Of a stretch of 37,086 bases of DNA, positions 1 to 14,458 are shown piece by piece. Where the stretch lies: assembly GCA_049644045.1 (NCBI GenBank), contig JBARRC010000083.1:1-37086 (forward strand), read 5' to 3'. Source of the DNA: Phycisphaerae bacterium. GTDB taxonomy: Bacteria > Planctomycetota > Phycisphaerae > UBA1845. Made by a program: the position numbers and the translations under genes. Below the pieces are notes generated by a model, which was not told the DNA's origin, did no database searches, and saw only the letters and a program-made list of their open reading frames with translations. The number at the start of each line of letters is the position of its first letter. Positions within the stretch are counted from its first letter, which is position 1.

Positions 1-3902
<3,902 letters not shown>

Positions 3903-3984
3903 TTTCGGCGGATCTCCTTACGGAGTAAAACAGCGACCCGAACCCATCGGGAAACCGAAAATCCGGCGTCTCGTGTCTTTGTCG

Positions 3985-4488
3985 CTACGGCGCCACGTCC
4001 GACGAGACCGCCTGAAGCACGAGCTCGGGTGCGTCAGGCAACAGTTCTAACGCCACCACCACGCCGCGCATCTTGCGGAAGCCCAGCTCTTCGCAGAAAT
4101 CGACCTCCGTCCCGTACGCCAACGTGTCGATCCGCTCCACGCCGTATTGACGCAGTGCTTCAATCACCCGGCGGGCCATCTCCGCCGCGATCCCCGACGT
4201 GTCGTGCTCGATCCGTCCGTCCGTGCGCGTGATGCACGCCGGGCCCTGATAGGCCGGATCCAGCTTGCACTCCGCCAGCCGACCCCAAAGACCGTCCGTC
4301 ACCCCGCGGGCAAAACCGATCAGCTCCCCGTCACGACGGGCGGTCACGATGCAGAATGTGTTGTCCAGCATCTTCTGCAACTTGGCGCGTACCTGCGTCG
4401 TGGGGTGGTTCTGACGCTCATAAAAGGTCAACAACTCCTCGGGGGTTGGCTTCGCCATCGTCTTGTATTCAACGTTCTCGGACATCAT
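3985..4488 (-). CDS. GNAT-family N-acetyltransferase-like protein located between rpoB and rpoC
   Basis: 167-aa ORF with tandem ATG start (4488/4485) and GGAGG 5 nt upstream. It starts 46 nt after the rpoB stop and ends 82 nt before the rpoC start, on the same strand, with GC like its neighbours. Size and pattern (ELIGFARGVTDG ... HDTSGIAAEMARRVIEALRQYGVERIDTLAY ... FCEELGF) fit a GNAT fold. The family call is by eye only. Confidence 0.65.
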   Translation of the reverse strand: MMSENVEYKTMAKPTPEELLTFYERQNHPTTQVRAKLQKMLDNTFCIVTARRDGELIGFARGVTDGLWGRLAECKLDPAYQGPACITRTDGRIEHDTSGIAAEMARRVIEALRQYGVERIDTLAYGTEVDFCEELGFRKMRGVVVALELLPDAPELVLQAVSSDVAP

Positions 4489-4510
4489 CTAAACCTCCAA
4501 TCCGCATAAT

Positions 4511-4534
4511 CGCCCGCCGCGGTCCCAGCGGGCG
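4511..4534 (-). promoter_or_regulatory. GC hairpin abutting the rpoB stop codon (possible attenuator or processing site)
   Basis: cgcccgc (4511-4517) pairs with gcgggcg (4528-4534) around a 10-nt loop, immediately 3' of the rpoB TGA on the minus strand. No U-tract follows, so it is not a classical intrinsic terminator. Confidence 0.25.
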
Positions 4535-7500
4535 TCAGCCGACGCGACGCTTCTCCAAATTGATGTTCAAACAAAGCCCACGAATCTCATTGCACAATAC
4601 GTCAAAGGAAACCGGCGTGCCCGCCTCCAACGTGTTCCTGCCCTTGACCATTGTCTCATAGATCTTTGTGCGGCCCTCAACATCGTCACTCTTAACCGTC
4701 AAAAGCTCCTGCAGAATGTAGGCGGCGCCATAGGCCTCCAAACCCCAAACCTCCATCTCGCCGAAACGCTGGCCTCCCGTGCGTGCCTTGCCGCCCAGCG
4801 GTTGCTGGGTAATCAGGCTGTAGGGTCCGGTGGCTCGTGCGTGGATCTTGTCATCAACCAGGTGGTGAAGTTTGAGCATGTAGAGGTAACCGACGGTGAT
4901 GGGTTGATCGAAGTATTCGCCCGTCCGCCCGTCGCGGAGCCGGACCTTCCCGCCCGGCGGAAGCTGCGCGAACCGGACATCGTACTGGGCCGCCTGAGCC
5001 ACCGTCTCCGCGTCCACCTCCAGCTCCCGGGCCCGTGTGTTGGCTTCGGCGAGCACGGTGTGAATCTCCGCTTCGGAGGCGCCGTCGAACACCGGGGTGA
5101 CCGCTTGGAAACCGAGCATCTTCGCGGCCCAACCCAGGTGCGTCTCCAGAATCTGGCCGACGTTCATGCGTGACGGTACGCCAAGCGGATTCAGAAGGAT
5201 GTCCAGCGAGGTGCCATCGTCCAGGAAGGGCATGTCTGCAGTCGGCAGAATCTTTGCGATCACGCCCTTGTTGCCGTGGCGCCCGGCTATCTTGTCACCC
5301 ACCGAGATCTGCCGTTTGGTGGCCACATAAACCTTGACCATCTCGAGCACCCCGGAGGGCAGTTCGTCGCCGCGTTTCATCTGGGCCTCCTTGCGATCCC
5401 GCTCCTCTTGGATTCCCTCGATGCGTGACCAGTACTTGTCTGTGAGCTTCAGGCATGCGTCGCGTTTCGCGGCGGGCTTGACCCATTTCAGGTCTCTGGC
5501 CCGCACGTGTTCGCTGAAGATCACCACCTGCTCGAGGATGACTTCGTCCAGGTTGCTGTGTCCAACCTTCTGCCGCGTGCTGGGATCGATCATCGGAACG
5601 TCCATGATTTCTTCGATCTCAGCACAGAGCTGCCTGAAGCATGAGATAATCTTGCCGTTCTGACTCTTGACGTACTCGTCGATCTGGCGCCCGAGCTCAT
5701 GTCTCTGCTCGTCGGTCATGTGAAGTCGGCGGCTGAATCGCTTCGCGCCGATCACGATGCCCTGCTCACCGGCGGGCAGTTCCAGCGAATCATTCTTCAC
5801 GTCTTCACCGGCCCGTCCGAAGATCGCGTGAAGCAGCTTCTCCTCGGGGCTCAACTCGCTCTTGGATTTCGGGCTGACCTTGCCCACCAGGATGTCGCCC
5901 TGGTGAACATGCGTCCCGATCCTGATGACGCCGCTCGCGTCGAGGTTCGCAAGCGCCCGTTCCGAAACGTTGGGGATGTCGGACGTGAACTCCTCGCGGC
6001 CCAGCTTGGTCTCGCGCACCTCGATGTCATACTCATCGATGTGGATGCTGGTGAGTGTGTCGTTGCGGACCAGACGATCGCTGATGATGATGGCGTCCTC
6101 GTAGTTGTGCCCGTCGAAGGTCAGGAACCCGACGAGCAGATTCTTGCCGAGCGCAAGCTCGCCGTTCGCCGTGGCCGGACCGTCCGCGATGATCTCCTCT
6201 TTCTTGACACGCTGCCCGGGTCGCACAAGTGGTCTTTGATTCATGCACGTCCGCTCGTTGAGGCCATAGTACTTGCGTAGAATGTATTCGTCCGTGTCGT
6301 CGATCACGATCCGCTGCGCGTCCGCGTACGTCACCTTTCCGCTCGTCCGGGCGCGAACCACCATCCCGCTGCTGTTCGCCACGGCGCGCTCCATCCCGGT
6401 GGCGACCAGGGGCGGTTCCACCCGCAACAGCGGAACAGCCTGGCGCTGCATGTTGGAGCCCATCAGCGCCCGGTTGGCGTCGTCGTGTTCGAGGAAGGGA
6501 ATCAGCGAGGCCGAAACACCGATGGTCTGTTTGGGCGAGATGTCTGCGTACGTCACCTCGTCGCGCTGAACCTGCCCGAGGTCCCCGTACTTGCGTACCA
6601 GTAGGGAGCCTTCCCGCAGGCCGTCGGTCTTGGGGTCCACGGCCTCGGGCGGCGCCAGGATCTCGCGCATTTCCTCGTCGGCGCGCAGGTAACAGGTTTC
6701 AAGGAGCTTGCCCTCCTTCCCGACTTTGCGGTACGGCGTGATCAAAAAGCCGTAATCATCGACCTTGCTGTAAATGCTCAGCGACGCGATCAGTCCGATG
6801 TTCGTGCCTTCGGGCGTCTCAATGGGGCAGATCCGCCCGTAATGGCTGATGTGCACGTCGCGCACCTCGAAGCCCGCGCGTTTTCGATTCAGACCGCCCG
6901 GACCCAGCGCCGAAAGCCGCCGCTCATGCGTCAGTTGTGACAGCGGGTTGGTCTGGTCGACCACTTGGGACAGTTCACCGCGACCGAAGAACAACTCGAT
7001 CGCGGAGCTGATGGACTTGCTGTTGATCAGCTCCGCCACGCGGCCGAGCTGGTCAGGGTCCTTCAGGCTCATACGCTCCTGCACCGTCCGCCTGAGCTTG
7101 AGGAACCCCTTGCGCACTTCATCGGCGCAGAGTTCGTCGATCGTGCGCAGCCGCCGGTTCCCGAGGTGGTCGATGTCGTCCACCGCAAACGCCGCCTCGC
7201 CGGTCCGCAGCTTGAGCAGGTATTTCAGACAATGGATCGTGTCCTCCATGGTAAGTGTCATGGACCCACCATCCTGATTCACCTCAAACTTGCGGTTCAA
7301 CCGGAACCTCCCGACCTTGCCCAATCGGTAGCGGTTTACGTCGGAGAATTTCTCGGCGAAGAGCTTCTTGGCCTTTTCCAATTGCGGCGGGTTGCCGGGA
7401 CGGAGCCGGCTGTAGATCTTCAGGAGGGCCTCCTCATGTGAGTGGCTGGTGTCTTCGGAGAGGGTGTTGACGATGAGCGGATCGGCAACCTTTCTAATGA

Positions 7501-8308
7501 TCCGCAGGTTCTTCAACGACGAGTTCTTGATGCGCTCAATGGCGTCACCAATTTGACACCCCGCTCGAACCAGGACATCCCCTGTCTCTTCGTCGAGAAT
7601 CGTTGAGACGGTGTACATGTCCGGTCGCAGCGCCGAGACGCGCACGGTTCTGGTCCTGTAGAACTCCTCGACGATCACCTCGTCGGTCGAATACTTCGGG
7701 TCCATCGCCCTCAGGAACGTGGTCGCAGGCAGCTTGCTCGACTGATCAATCCGTATGACCAGCACATCCTTCTTGGTGACTTCGATCTCGATCCAACTGC
7801 CCCGTTCGGGGATGATGCGGCAGGAGTGCAGGGTGCGGTCGCCCTCGGCCTGGTCCTTGATGAAGTCCACGCCCGGGGAGCGGTGGAGCTGCGACACGAT
7901 CACCCGTTCGGCGCCGTTGATGATGAACTCGCCTCCGCCGATCATGATCGGCATGTCGCCCAGATAGATCAGATCCTCCTGAATCTCGTCACTGTCCTTA
8001 CGAACCAGGCGCAGCCGGATCCGAAGCGGCATCCCGTATGTCAAACGCAACTCCCGGCACTCGTCCGGCGTGTAGCGCGGTTTACCCAGCTCATAATTGA
8101 TGTAATGGAGTGCCAGGTTCCCGTCATAACTTTCAATGGGGAACATCTCGCGCAGCAGCGCCTCGAGCCCGTGCGGCTCGCGCTCGCCCGCAGCAACCTC
8201 CTCCTGCAGGAAACGAGCGTACGATTTCGCCTGCACACCGATCAGATCGGGCACCGGCATCCCATCCCCGACTTTCGAGTAATTCCGAACCGGAAGAACG
8301 GCAGACAT
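4535..8308 (-). CDS. rpoB: DNA-directed RNA polymerase subunit beta
   Basis: 1257-aa ORF with ATG at 8308. Conserved blocks include [42 protein letters not shown]-type sequence and an N-terminal [11 protein letters not shown]. Confidence 0.98.
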   Translation of the reverse strand: MSAVLPVRNYSKVGDGMPVPDLIGVQAKSYARFLQEEVAAGEREPHGLEALLREMFPIESYDGNLALHYINYELGKPRYTPDECRELRLTYGMPLRIRLRLVRKDSDEIQEDLIYLGDMPIMIGGGEFIINGAERVIVSQLHRSPGVDFIKDQAEGDRTLHSCRIIPERGSWIEIEVTKKDVLVIRIDQSSKLPATTFLRAMDPKYSTDEVIVEEFYRTRTVRVSALRPDMYTVSTILDEETGDVLVRAGCQIGDAIERIKNSSLKNLRIIRKVADPLIVNTLSEDTSHSHEEALLKIYSRLRPGNPPQLEKAKKLFAEKFSDVNRYRLGKVGRFRLNRKFEVNQDGGSMTLTMEDTIHCLKYLLKLRTGEAAFAVDDIDHLGNRRLRTIDELCADEVRKGFLKLRRTVQERMSLKDPDQLGRVAELINSKSISSAIELFFGRGELSQVVDQTNPLSQLTHERRLSALGPGGLNRKRAGFEVRDVHISHYGRICPIETPEGTNIGLIASLSIYSKVDDYGFLITPYRKVGKEGKLLETCYLRADEEMREILAPPEAVDPKTDGLREGSLLVRKYGDLGQVQRDEVTYADISPKQTIGVSASLIPFLEHDDANRALMGSNMQRQAVPLLRVEPPLVATGMERAVANSSGMVVRARTSGKVTYADAQRIVIDDTDEYILRKYYGLNERTCMNQRPLVRPGQRVKKEEIIADGPATANGELALGKNLLVGFLTFDGHNYEDAIIISDRLVRNDTLTSIHIDEYDIEVRETKLGREEFTSDIPNVSERALANLDASGVIRIGTHVHQGDILVGKVSPKSKSELSPEEKLLHAIFGRAGEDVKNDSLELPAGEQGIVIGAKRFSRRLHMTDEQRHELGRQIDEYVKSQNGKIISCFRQLCAEIEEIMDVPMIDPSTRQKVGHSNLDEVILEQVVIFSEHVRARDLKWVKPAAKRDACLKLTDKYWSRIEGIQEERDRKEAQMKRGDELPSGVLEMVKVYVATKRQISVGDKIAGRHGNKGVIAKILPTADMPFLDDGTSLDILLNPLGVPSRMNVGQILETHLGWAAKMLGFQAVTPVFDGASEAEIHTVLAEANTRARELEVDAETVAQAAQYDVRFAQLPPGGKVRLRDGRTGEYFDQPITVGYLYMLKLHHLVDDKIHARATGPYSLITQQPLGGKARTGGQRFGEMEVWGLEAYGAAYILQELLTVKSDDVEGRTKIYETMVKGRNTLEAGTPVSFDVLCNEIRGLCLNINLEKRRVG

Positions 8309-8512
8309 CGGCCAAAACCCTCGCTGGTTACGGTCGCACGCAGCGCATCGACGCCCGGCCGGGCTCCTACACCCGACCCTCGTCGGTCATTGCAACCTTG
8401 GTACGTAGGGGACGCTGCATCAGCCGACAGGGCTTCCGGTGGACCGGTCGTCCCGAATAAACCGGTCGATCCCGCCCCGCGGCGGACATGAGACTCTTGC
8501 GGATCACACAGA

Positions 8513-8923
8513 TCACTGGATGGTGACGGCCCCACCCACTTCTTCTATCTCACCTTTGATCTTCTCGGCCTCTTCCTTGGACACGCCTTCCTTCACGGGT
8601 TTCGGGCAAGACTCGACGAGGGCCTTGGCCTCTTTCAGACCCAGTGTCGTCAGCGCGCGCACCACCTTGATAACCTGGATCTTCTTATCGCCGAAACCGG
8701 CCAGGATCACATCAAACGAGGTCTTTTCCTCCTCCGCGAGCGCCGCCGCACCAGCCTCACCGCCCACGGCAGACATCACCACCCCGCCACCCGCGGGTTC
8801 GATGCCGTGCACGCTCTTGAGGCAATCCACCAGCGCCTGCGCGTCTTTGACCGTCAGATTCACGAGTTTGTCGGCCAACTCAGTGATTCCCGGAGCAAAT
8901 TCAGTAGCCGGAGCTTCCGCCAT
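8513..8923 (-). CDS. rplL: 50S ribosomal protein L7/L12
   Basis: The C-terminal half ([25 protein letters not shown]...[16 protein letters not shown]) is typical L7/L12. ATG at 8923 is preceded by AAGGAGAGAGGA. The track's longer start at 8956 is a GTG without an SD. Confidence 0.93.
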   Translation of the reverse strand: MAEAPATEFAPGITELADKLVNLTVKDAQALVDCLKSVHGIEPAGGGVVMSAVGGEAGAAALAEEEKTSFDVILAGFGDKKIQVIKVVRALTTLGLKEAKALVESCPKPVKEGVSKEEAEKIKGEIEEVGGAVTIQ

Positions 8924-9062
8924 CTCGTCCTCTCTCCTTGAGATTGTAACCGCCACACCGATAGGCGACCCACCCGATGTGGGTCATTTCATCCGCGGTC
9001 GCGGACCAGTCGGTGTGCAGCGTTATGTACCAAACACTCTCTGACAAAACCGGTGCCCCATG

Positions 9063-9575
9063 TCACGCGGCCTTGTCGACAATCGCCTTCAGGCAACCCG
9101 CAATCTTCGACTGCGGCGATTGCAGGCAACCTGCCACGGCGCAACCCGGCGAGCCGATCAGCATCATCAGCTCACCAACCATCTCCACACAGCTCTTGAG
9201 CTTTGAAATATCCTCGACCGTCAGGAGGGTCGGCTCTCCTTCAACGATCGCCTGTTTGAGCTTAAGTTCAGTGAACTCCTTGGCGGCCTCGACGAGCACC
9301 TTGGCGACCTCGATCAGTGAGTCCGATGAGGTCACCAGCGCGCAAGGCCCCGTCAGCGCGCTGCCAAGCGGTTCGAGTGGGCCATCTTGAAACGCGCGCC
9401 GTGCAAGGCTGTTTTTGACCACCTCCAGTCGCGCGGACTTTCCCCGCAGGTTCCGCCGGAGTTGCTCCTGCTCCTGGACGTTCATGCCCGTCAGGTCGAC
9501 GACACACGCGCTGTCTATGCCCGCAAAACGCTCTTTAAGCGTTGCGGTGACCATCGCTTTGACGGCCTTGCTCAT
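9063..9575 (-). CDS. rplJ: 50S ribosomal protein L10
   Basis: 170-aa ORF between rplA and rplL, with ATG at 9575 and GGAAGGA upstream. Size and position are canonical for L10. Confidence 0.9.
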   Translation of the reverse strand: MSKAVKAMVTATLKERFAGIDSACVVDLTGMNVQEQEQLRRNLRGKSARLEVVKNSLARRAFQDGPLEPLGSALTGPCALVTSSDSLIEVAKVLVEAAKEFTELKLKQAIVEGEPTLLTVEDISKLKSCVEMVGELMMLIGSPGCAVAGCLQSPQSKIAGCLKAIVDKAA

Positions 9576-9593
9576 TGATTCATCCCGTCCTTC

Positions 9594-10322
9594 CTACGCG
9601 CCGATCTCAATCGTCACCGACGGCGTTCGGGTGCCGGAGAGACAGATTCGCTTAATGTATTGTCCCTTGGCGGCCGCCGGTTTGAGCTTCGTAATGTGGT
9701 CAATTACCGCCTCGATGTTCTCCTTGAGATCCTCACCCGAGAAGCTCACGCGCCCGACCGGTAGATGGATATTCCCGCCCTTATCGTTGCGGAACTCGAT
9801 GCGTCCGGCGGTGAACTCTTTGACCGTCTCGGCGACATCCGGCGTTACCGTGCCCGCCTTCGGCGATGGCATCTTCCCCTGCGGGCCCAGCACTCGGCCG
9901 AGCTTGCCCACCTTGCCCATCATCGAGGGATGCGCGACGGCCACGTCAAAGTCGAACCAGCCTTTCTGGATCTTCTCGACGAGTTCTTCGGCGCCGGCTT
10001 CGATGGCGCCCGCCTCGATGGCGGCTTCTGCGGTCGCCGCGTCGCAGAACGCAATGACCCGGCGCGATTTGCCTAAGCCCTTGGGCAGGGAGATTGCACC
10101 ACGAAGCATCTGGTCGGCCTGCCGCGAATCGATGCCCAGGTGCATCACGATTTCAACGGTTTGATCCAAACCCTTGCGCTTCTTACCGTTTTTATAGGTG
10201 CGGTCGGCTTTGACGTCGGCCATCCGCTTGATCCGGGCGATACCCTCCTCGATGCTGACGGATGTCGTGCTATCGCCATGGATCTCAAGTTGCTTTCGGT
10301 ATCGTACGCTCGCGTACCCCAT
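9594..10322 (-). CDS. rplA: 50S ribosomal protein L1
   Basis: Contains typical L1 blocks (VEIVMHLGIDSRQADQMLRGAISLPKGLGK, GPQGKMPSPKAGTVT). ATG at 10322 has GGAGAG upstream and is preferred over the TTG at 10337 used in the track. Confidence 0.93.
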   Translation of the reverse strand: MGYASVRYRKQLEIHGDSTTSVSIEEGIARIKRMADVKADRTYKNGKKRKGLDQTVEIVMHLGIDSRQADQMLRGAISLPKGLGKSRRVIAFCDAATAEAAIEAGAIEAGAEELVEKIQKGWFDFDVAVAHPSMMGKVGKLGRVLGPQGKMPSPKAGTVTPDVAETVKEFTAGRIEFRNDKGGNIHLPVGRVSFSGEDLKENIEAVIDHITKLKPAAAKGQYIKRICLSGTRTPSVTIEIGA

Positions 10323-10357
10323 CAACGTTCTCTCCAACGTCCGGCGAACCGAAACGA

Positions 10358-10801
10358 TCAGTCCACGACATCAATCCCCATCGAGCGTGCGGTACCCGCG
10401 ACTACTCGCTCGGCCGCCTCGATCGTATTGGCGTTCAGATCCGGCAGCTTCCTCTCCGCGATCGCTCTGAGGTCTTCCCGGGTGATCGCCCCGACCTTTT
10501 CCTTGTCGGGCGTGCCGCTGCCCTTGGCGACCTTGGCGGCTTCCTTGAGCAGTACCGACGCCGGCGGACTTTTCACGACGAAATCAAAAGAGCGATCCGC
10601 GTAAACGTTGATCACTACGGAGACAGGCATACCGTTCAGGGCGACCGTCGCGGCGTTGAACTGTTGCACGAACTGCCCGATGTTGACACCGTGTTGACCC
10701 AGCGCCGGGCCGACAGGCGGCGCAGGCGTAGCCTGCCCGCCCGGAGCCTGCAGCTTGATCGTCGCCGTAAGTTTCTTCTTTCCTTTTCCCTTCTTTGCCA
10801 C
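10358..10801 (-). CDS. rplK: 50S ribosomal protein L11
   Basis: [24 protein letters not shown] is the hallmark L11 motif. GTG start at 10801. Confidence 0.95.
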   Translation of the reverse strand: MAKKGKGKKKLTATIKLQAPGGQATPAPPVGPALGQHGVNIGQFVQQFNAATVALNGMPVSVVINVYADRSFDFVVKSPPASVLLKEAAKVAKGSGTPDKEKVGAITREDLRAIAERKLPDLNANTIEAAERVVAGTARSMGIDVVD

Positions 10802-10861
10802 AGCACCCGCCGTCCTAGAATTTCAAAAAACCTGCACGATCCACGAAAGAAGCCGGTCCGG

Positions 10862-11494
10862 CTATTCCACCTTCTCCAACTGCCAATAACCCACCTCAAC
10901 AGGTGTCATTCGGCCAAAGATTGAGACAATCACATTCACCATACCGCGTCGTTCATCGACCGACTCGACCTCACCCTCGTAGCTTTCAAACGCACCATCG
11001 GTGATCTTGACCTGGTCGCCCTTGTTGATGTTCAGACCACTGAGGCCGGGATCCTCTTCCGCCTTCTCCGAAGCCGCCAGCATCTGAACGACATCATGCT
11101 CGGGCATGCTGGTGGGTTTGCCGTCCGAGCCGATGAAATCGCCGACGCCGGTCGTTTCTTTGATCAAAAACCACACGCTCTCGGCGATCGACCCGTCCTC
11201 CTCACAAGCCATCTCCACGAACACATAACCGGGGTAGAGCTTGCGCTCAACGATCTTAAGGACGCCCCCTCTCATGCGCTTCTCTTTCAGTGTGGGGACG
11301 AGGATTCGGCCGATGCGATCTTCCAGACCTTCGATCTTGACTTTTCGCAGCAGCGCCTCACACACCTGCTCCTCCTTGTTCGAAGCGACGCGGAGGACGT
11401 ACCACTTCATCCCTGGCGCGGACACCACGGTCGAAGCCGCCGTCTCCGGCGGTGTCGACTCCCGGTCCGGTGATGTCGACTTCGTGTCCGTCAT
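10862..11494 (-). CDS. nusG: transcription termination/antitermination factor NusG
   Basis: NGN block KWYVLRVASNKEEQV and KOW block GDQVKITDGAFESYEGEVESVD. The ATG overlaps the secE stop (ATGA). Confidence 0.95.
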   Translation of the reverse strand: MTDTKSTSPDRESTPPETAASTVVSAPGMKWYVLRVASNKEEQVCEALLRKVKIEGLEDRIGRILVPTLKEKRMRGGVLKIVERKLYPGYVFVEMACEEDGSIAESVWFLIKETTGVGDFIGSDGKPTSMPEHDVVQMLAASEKAEEDPGLSGLNINKGDQVKITDGAFESYEGEVESVDERRGMVNVIVSIFGRMTPVEVGYWQLEKVE

Positions 11495-12051
11495 ACTCTC
11501 AGCACGCCGATGGAGCGGAAGATAAATTGAAAAGCCATGTCCACGATGAACAACAGCAAGGCCAGCAGCACGGTGAACATAATCACGACCTTCGTCGAGC
11601 CGATCACCTCGGCCTTGCTCGACCAGCTTACCTTCTTCATCTCACCTTCGGTGGCGATCATGAAGTCGCTACTATTCCGGCTTACGAAGGATAGCCGCCA
11701 GGCGATGGCACCGAGTACGACGGCAAACAAAATCGGGATGCCCGTCGTGATCAGCAGCCGCCAGGCCTCATCCCCTTCGTAGATCGCGAGCTGGTCATAG
11801 AGGAACTTCGCCCCCCACGCGACCAACAACCCCAAACCGATGAACGTGCCCCGGCGCGTCCAATTGCCTTGTTCGGGCTTGTACTGGGCAAAGAATCCCC
11901 CACCGCCGCCGACACCTCGCGCGGTCGGCCTGGACGGACCACCCCCGGAACCACCGCGCTGGTTGTGCTCGGAACGATTGCCAGATCCGTCGCGTGCGGA
12001 GCGGCGTGGTTGCCGTTCCCCCGCCACGGTTGTCGAATCACGTTGCGTCAT
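11491..12051 (-). CDS. secE: preprotein translocase subunit SecE with a long Gly/Arg-rich N-terminal extension
   Basis: The C-terminus EMKKVSWSSKAEVIGSTKVVIMFTVLLALLLFIVD is the SecE signature, with two more predicted TM helices upstream. The start is set to the ATG at 12051 because the track's 12159 start would overlap tRNA-Trp. Confidence 0.85.
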   Translation of the reverse strand: MTQRDSTTVAGERQPRRSARDGSGNRSEHNQRGGSGGGPSRPTARGVGGGGGFFAQYKPEQGNWTRRGTFIGLGLLVAWGAKFLYDQLAIYEGDEAWRLLITTGIPILFAVVLGAIAWRLSFVSRNSSDFMIATEGEMKKVSWSSKAEVIGSTKVVIMFTVLLALLLFIVDMAFQFIFRSIGVLRV

Positions 12052-12132
12052 ACTCTCGCCTTGTGTCGATTCCCACCAAGCACCCCGTGACCCCGGCTTG
12101 AAGCCGCCCCACGGAATATCCGCTACGTACGA

Positions 12133-12205
12133 CAGGAGCGGAGGGACTTGAACCCCCAACCGCCGGTTTTGGAAACCGGTGCTCTGCCAATTGAGCTACG
12201 CTCCT
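12133..12205 (-). tRNA. tRNA-Trp (anticodon CCA)
   Basis: The reverse complement reads AGGAGCGTAGCTCAATTGGCAGAGCACCGGTTTCCAAAACCGGCGGTTGGGGGTTCAAGTCCCTCCGCTCCTG. It has a 7-bp acceptor stem, a GTTCAAGTCC T-arm and a CCA anticodon in the loop. No CCA tail is encoded. Confidence 0.93.
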
Positions 12206-12236
12206 AAGCGACCTGTCCACCACTGACGGTCAAAGG

Positions 12237-12404
12237 CTATTTCCTCTTGATCTTATGGAGCGTGTGCTTGCGCTGCCGCTTGCAGAACTTCGAAAGCTCC
12301 AGCTTCGGCGTTCCGCCCATGACGTTGACACTCGTGCGGTAGTTCAGATCGTTGCACTCCTTGCACTGAAGCCACACGAACTCGCGTTTTGCCGCTTTAG
12401 CCAT
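12237..12404 (-). CDS. rpmG: 50S ribosomal protein L33
   Basis: Hand-translated 55-aa ORF, below the track cutoff: MAKAAKREFVWLQCKECNDLNYRTSVNVMGGTPKLELSKFCKRQRKHTLHKIKRK. It has CxxC...C as in zinc-type L33 and sits between tuf and tRNA-Trp. Confidence 0.9.
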   Translation of the reverse strand: MAKAAKREFVWLQCKECNDLNYRTSVNVMGGTPKLELSKFCKRQRKHTLHKIKRK

Positions 12405-12447
12405 GCTCGCTTACATCCATGTCGACAATGGGACCGGTGCCGGCCAA

Positions 12448-13650
12448 CTACTCGATCACCTTGGCGACAACGCCCGATCCGACCGTGCGACCGCCCTCAC
12501 GAACCGCAAACCGCAAACCCTGCTCCATCGCGATTGGCTTACCGAGCGATATTTCCATGGCGATATTATCGCCCGGCATGCACATTTCGGCCCCTTTGAG
12601 CGTCAATCCGCCGGTCACGTCTGTGGTCCGAAAGTAAAACTGAGGACGATAGCCGTTGAAGAACGGGGTGTGGCGCCCACCCTCCTCCTGGGTCAGGACG
12701 TAGACCTGCCCCTCGAACTTGGTGTGGGGCGTGATGGAGCCCGGAGCGGCCAGCACCTGACCACGCTCCACCTCATCCTTCTTCAATCCACGAAGCAGAC
12801 AGCCGACGTTGTCGCCCGCCTCCCCGTGATCCAGTGTCTTGTTAAACATCTCCACGCCGGTAACCGTCGTTTTTCGGGTTTCCGTGAGACCAACGATCTC
12901 GACTTCGTTCCCAACTTTGATCTGCCCACGCTCAATACGACCGGTCGGCACCGTACCGCGCCCCTTGATACTAAAGACGTCCTCAATGGACATGAGGAAC
13001 GGCTGGTCAATGTCCCGCTCCGGCAAAGGAACGTGTTCATCAAGCGCATCCATCAGTTCGTGGATACATTTGCTGTGCTCAGGATCGTCCGGATTTTTGA
13101 GGACGGCGGAGGCACACCCGCGAATCACGGGGATATCATCGCCCGGGAACTCGTACTTGCTCATCAGCTCACGGACCTCCAGCTCGACGAGTTCCAGAAG
13201 CTCCGGGTCGTCGACCAGGTCGATCTTGTTCAAAAAGACAACGAGGCAGGGCACGTTCACCTGGCGAGCCAGAAGAATGTGCTCACGCGTCTGCGGCATG
13301 GGGCCGTCGGCCGCTGAGACCACCACAATCGCACCGTCCATCTGAGCGGCGCCGGTGATCATGTTCTTGACATAATCGGCGTGCCCGGGACAGTCGATGT
13401 GGGCGTAGTGGCGTTTCTCCGTCTCGTATTCCACGTGCGACGTGGCAATCGTGAGGATCTTGGTCGCGTCACGCCGGCCCTGCTTTTCCGACGCCTTGGC
13501 CACCTCATCGTACGACTTGAAGGTGGCCAGATTCTTGCGGGCCTGCACCGCGGTCATTGCCGCCGTCAACGTCGTCTTGCCGTGATCCACGTGACCGATC
13601 GTACCGACGTTGACATGGGGTTTCGTTCTTTCAAATGTTTCCTTGGCCAT
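12448..13650 (-). CDS. tuf: translation elongation factor Tu
   Basis: 400-aa ORF with [18 protein letters not shown] and NKIDLV GTPase motifs. GGAGG lies upstream of the ATG at 13650. Confidence 0.98.
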   Translation of the reverse strand: MAKETFERTKPHVNVGTIGHVDHGKTTLTAAMTAVQARKNLATFKSYDEVAKASEKQGRRDATKILTIATSHVEYETEKRHYAHIDCPGHADYVKNMITGAAQMDGAIVVVSAADGPMPQTREHILLARQVNVPCLVVFLNKIDLVDDPELLELVELEVRELMSKYEFPGDDIPVIRGCASAVLKNPDDPEHSKCIHELMDALDEHVPLPERDIDQPFLMSIEDVFSIKGRGTVPTGRIERGQIKVGNEVEIVGLTETRKTTVTGVEMFNKTLDHGEAGDNVGCLLRGLKKDEVERGQVLAAPGSITPHTKFEGQVYVLTQEEGGRHTPFFNGYRPQFYFRTTDVTGGLTLKGAEMCMPGDNIAMEISLGKPIAMEQGLRFAVREGGRTVGSGVVAKVIE

Positions 13651-13855
13651 CCGGTGCGTACCTCCACTCGCTCAGACGCCAACAATGTTGAGCGTCATCG
13701 TTGTAATCCCTGTTCATCTCCCTGCCCGAGCTGCCATCAACCTGACGCTCGTCAGCAACAATACATTCCGAGTAATCCTGATCTCTTCGATACCTAGCAG
13801 GCGGCGCCCCGTGTGAGCGCCTCCAACCTTCGACGCCCGTAACCACGGACCACAT

Positions 13856-13928
13856 AGCTGCTGACGGGAATCGAACCCGTGACCTCGTCCTTACCAAGGA
13901 CGCACTCTACCGGCTGAGCTACAGCAGC
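13856..13928 (-). tRNA. tRNA-Thr (anticodon GGU)
   Basis: The reverse complement reads GCTGCTGTAGCTCAGCCGGTAGAGTGCGTCCTTGGTAAGGACGAGGTCACGGGTTCGATTCCCGTCAGCAGC plus a discriminator base. It forms a cloverleaf with the anticodon loop TTGGTAA and sits in the classic position upstream of tuf. Confidence 0.92.
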
Positions 13929-14108
13929 GGCGTAAATCGGTGGTTGCCATAAGACCGACCGCATAGATCATCCACCGTCGCAGCTATCGGCCCATACCCA
14001 GACTGATACGCTTCACAGCGTAATCCGGAATCACGCATCCCGACCGAACTGCAATCCGCTGGCCACGTACGAGCAGACTCCCGGTGTATCCACACCCAGA
14101 GCCTCGCA

Positions 14109-14136
14109 AGTATAGAAGATCGGACGATCCTGTCAA
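14109..14136 (-). promoter_or_regulatory. sigma70-like promoter candidate for the tRNA-Thr/tuf transcription unit
   Basis: The minus strand reads TTGACA (14136-14131), a 16-nt spacer, then TATACT (14114-14109). This is about 175 nt upstream of the tRNA-Thr 5' end. Confidence 0.4.
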
Positions 14137-14458
14137 ATGCAAAACAACACCAAAACCAAACCAAGAACCTGCGAGAGTCGCAAAATGTCCGCTACAGTTT
14201 AAATTGGCCGCGACCCGGGGCGGCGGACAGCTTATTCCAGTGAATCGCAGCTCTTGCGGTCAGCCGGTATCGCAAGCATTCTCCACATTGTCGCGTCCAA
14301 CGATTATCGGCAAGGTGAGCGGTGGAAAAGAAGGCTGTCGACGGCGAACCGCTTACAGTGGATAATAAGGCTGACTTTGTTGGATGCGGGTAGCCCCTGC
14401 TCGCTTGGGACCTTCTCTTGCAAGTGAGCGTATCGCACGGATCAGGAGGGAATCACCC

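Noticed and set aside
4802-8491. Plus-strand and out-of-frame minus-strand ORFs inside rpoB (for example 5699..6280, 6965..7441, 7826..8491)
   Set aside because: They are shadow ORFs of the 1257-aa rpoB frame, and their translations are low-complexity Arg/Pro/Ala-rich.
8309-8512. Possible rplL-rpoB attenuator in the 204-bp spacer
   Set aside because: Only short GC hairpins (5-7 bp) were found and there is no U-tract. I cannot support a specific structure from sequence alone.
12052-12159. Longer SecE ORF starting at 12159
   Set aside because: It would overlap tRNA-Trp (12133-12205) on the same strand. The ATG at 12051 removes the overlap.
13929-14108. Additional tRNAs (Tyr/Gly) upstream of tRNA-Thr, as in the E. 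coli tufB operon
   Set aside because: No T-arm (GGTTCGAATCC-like) sequence or cloverleaf could be found on either strand.
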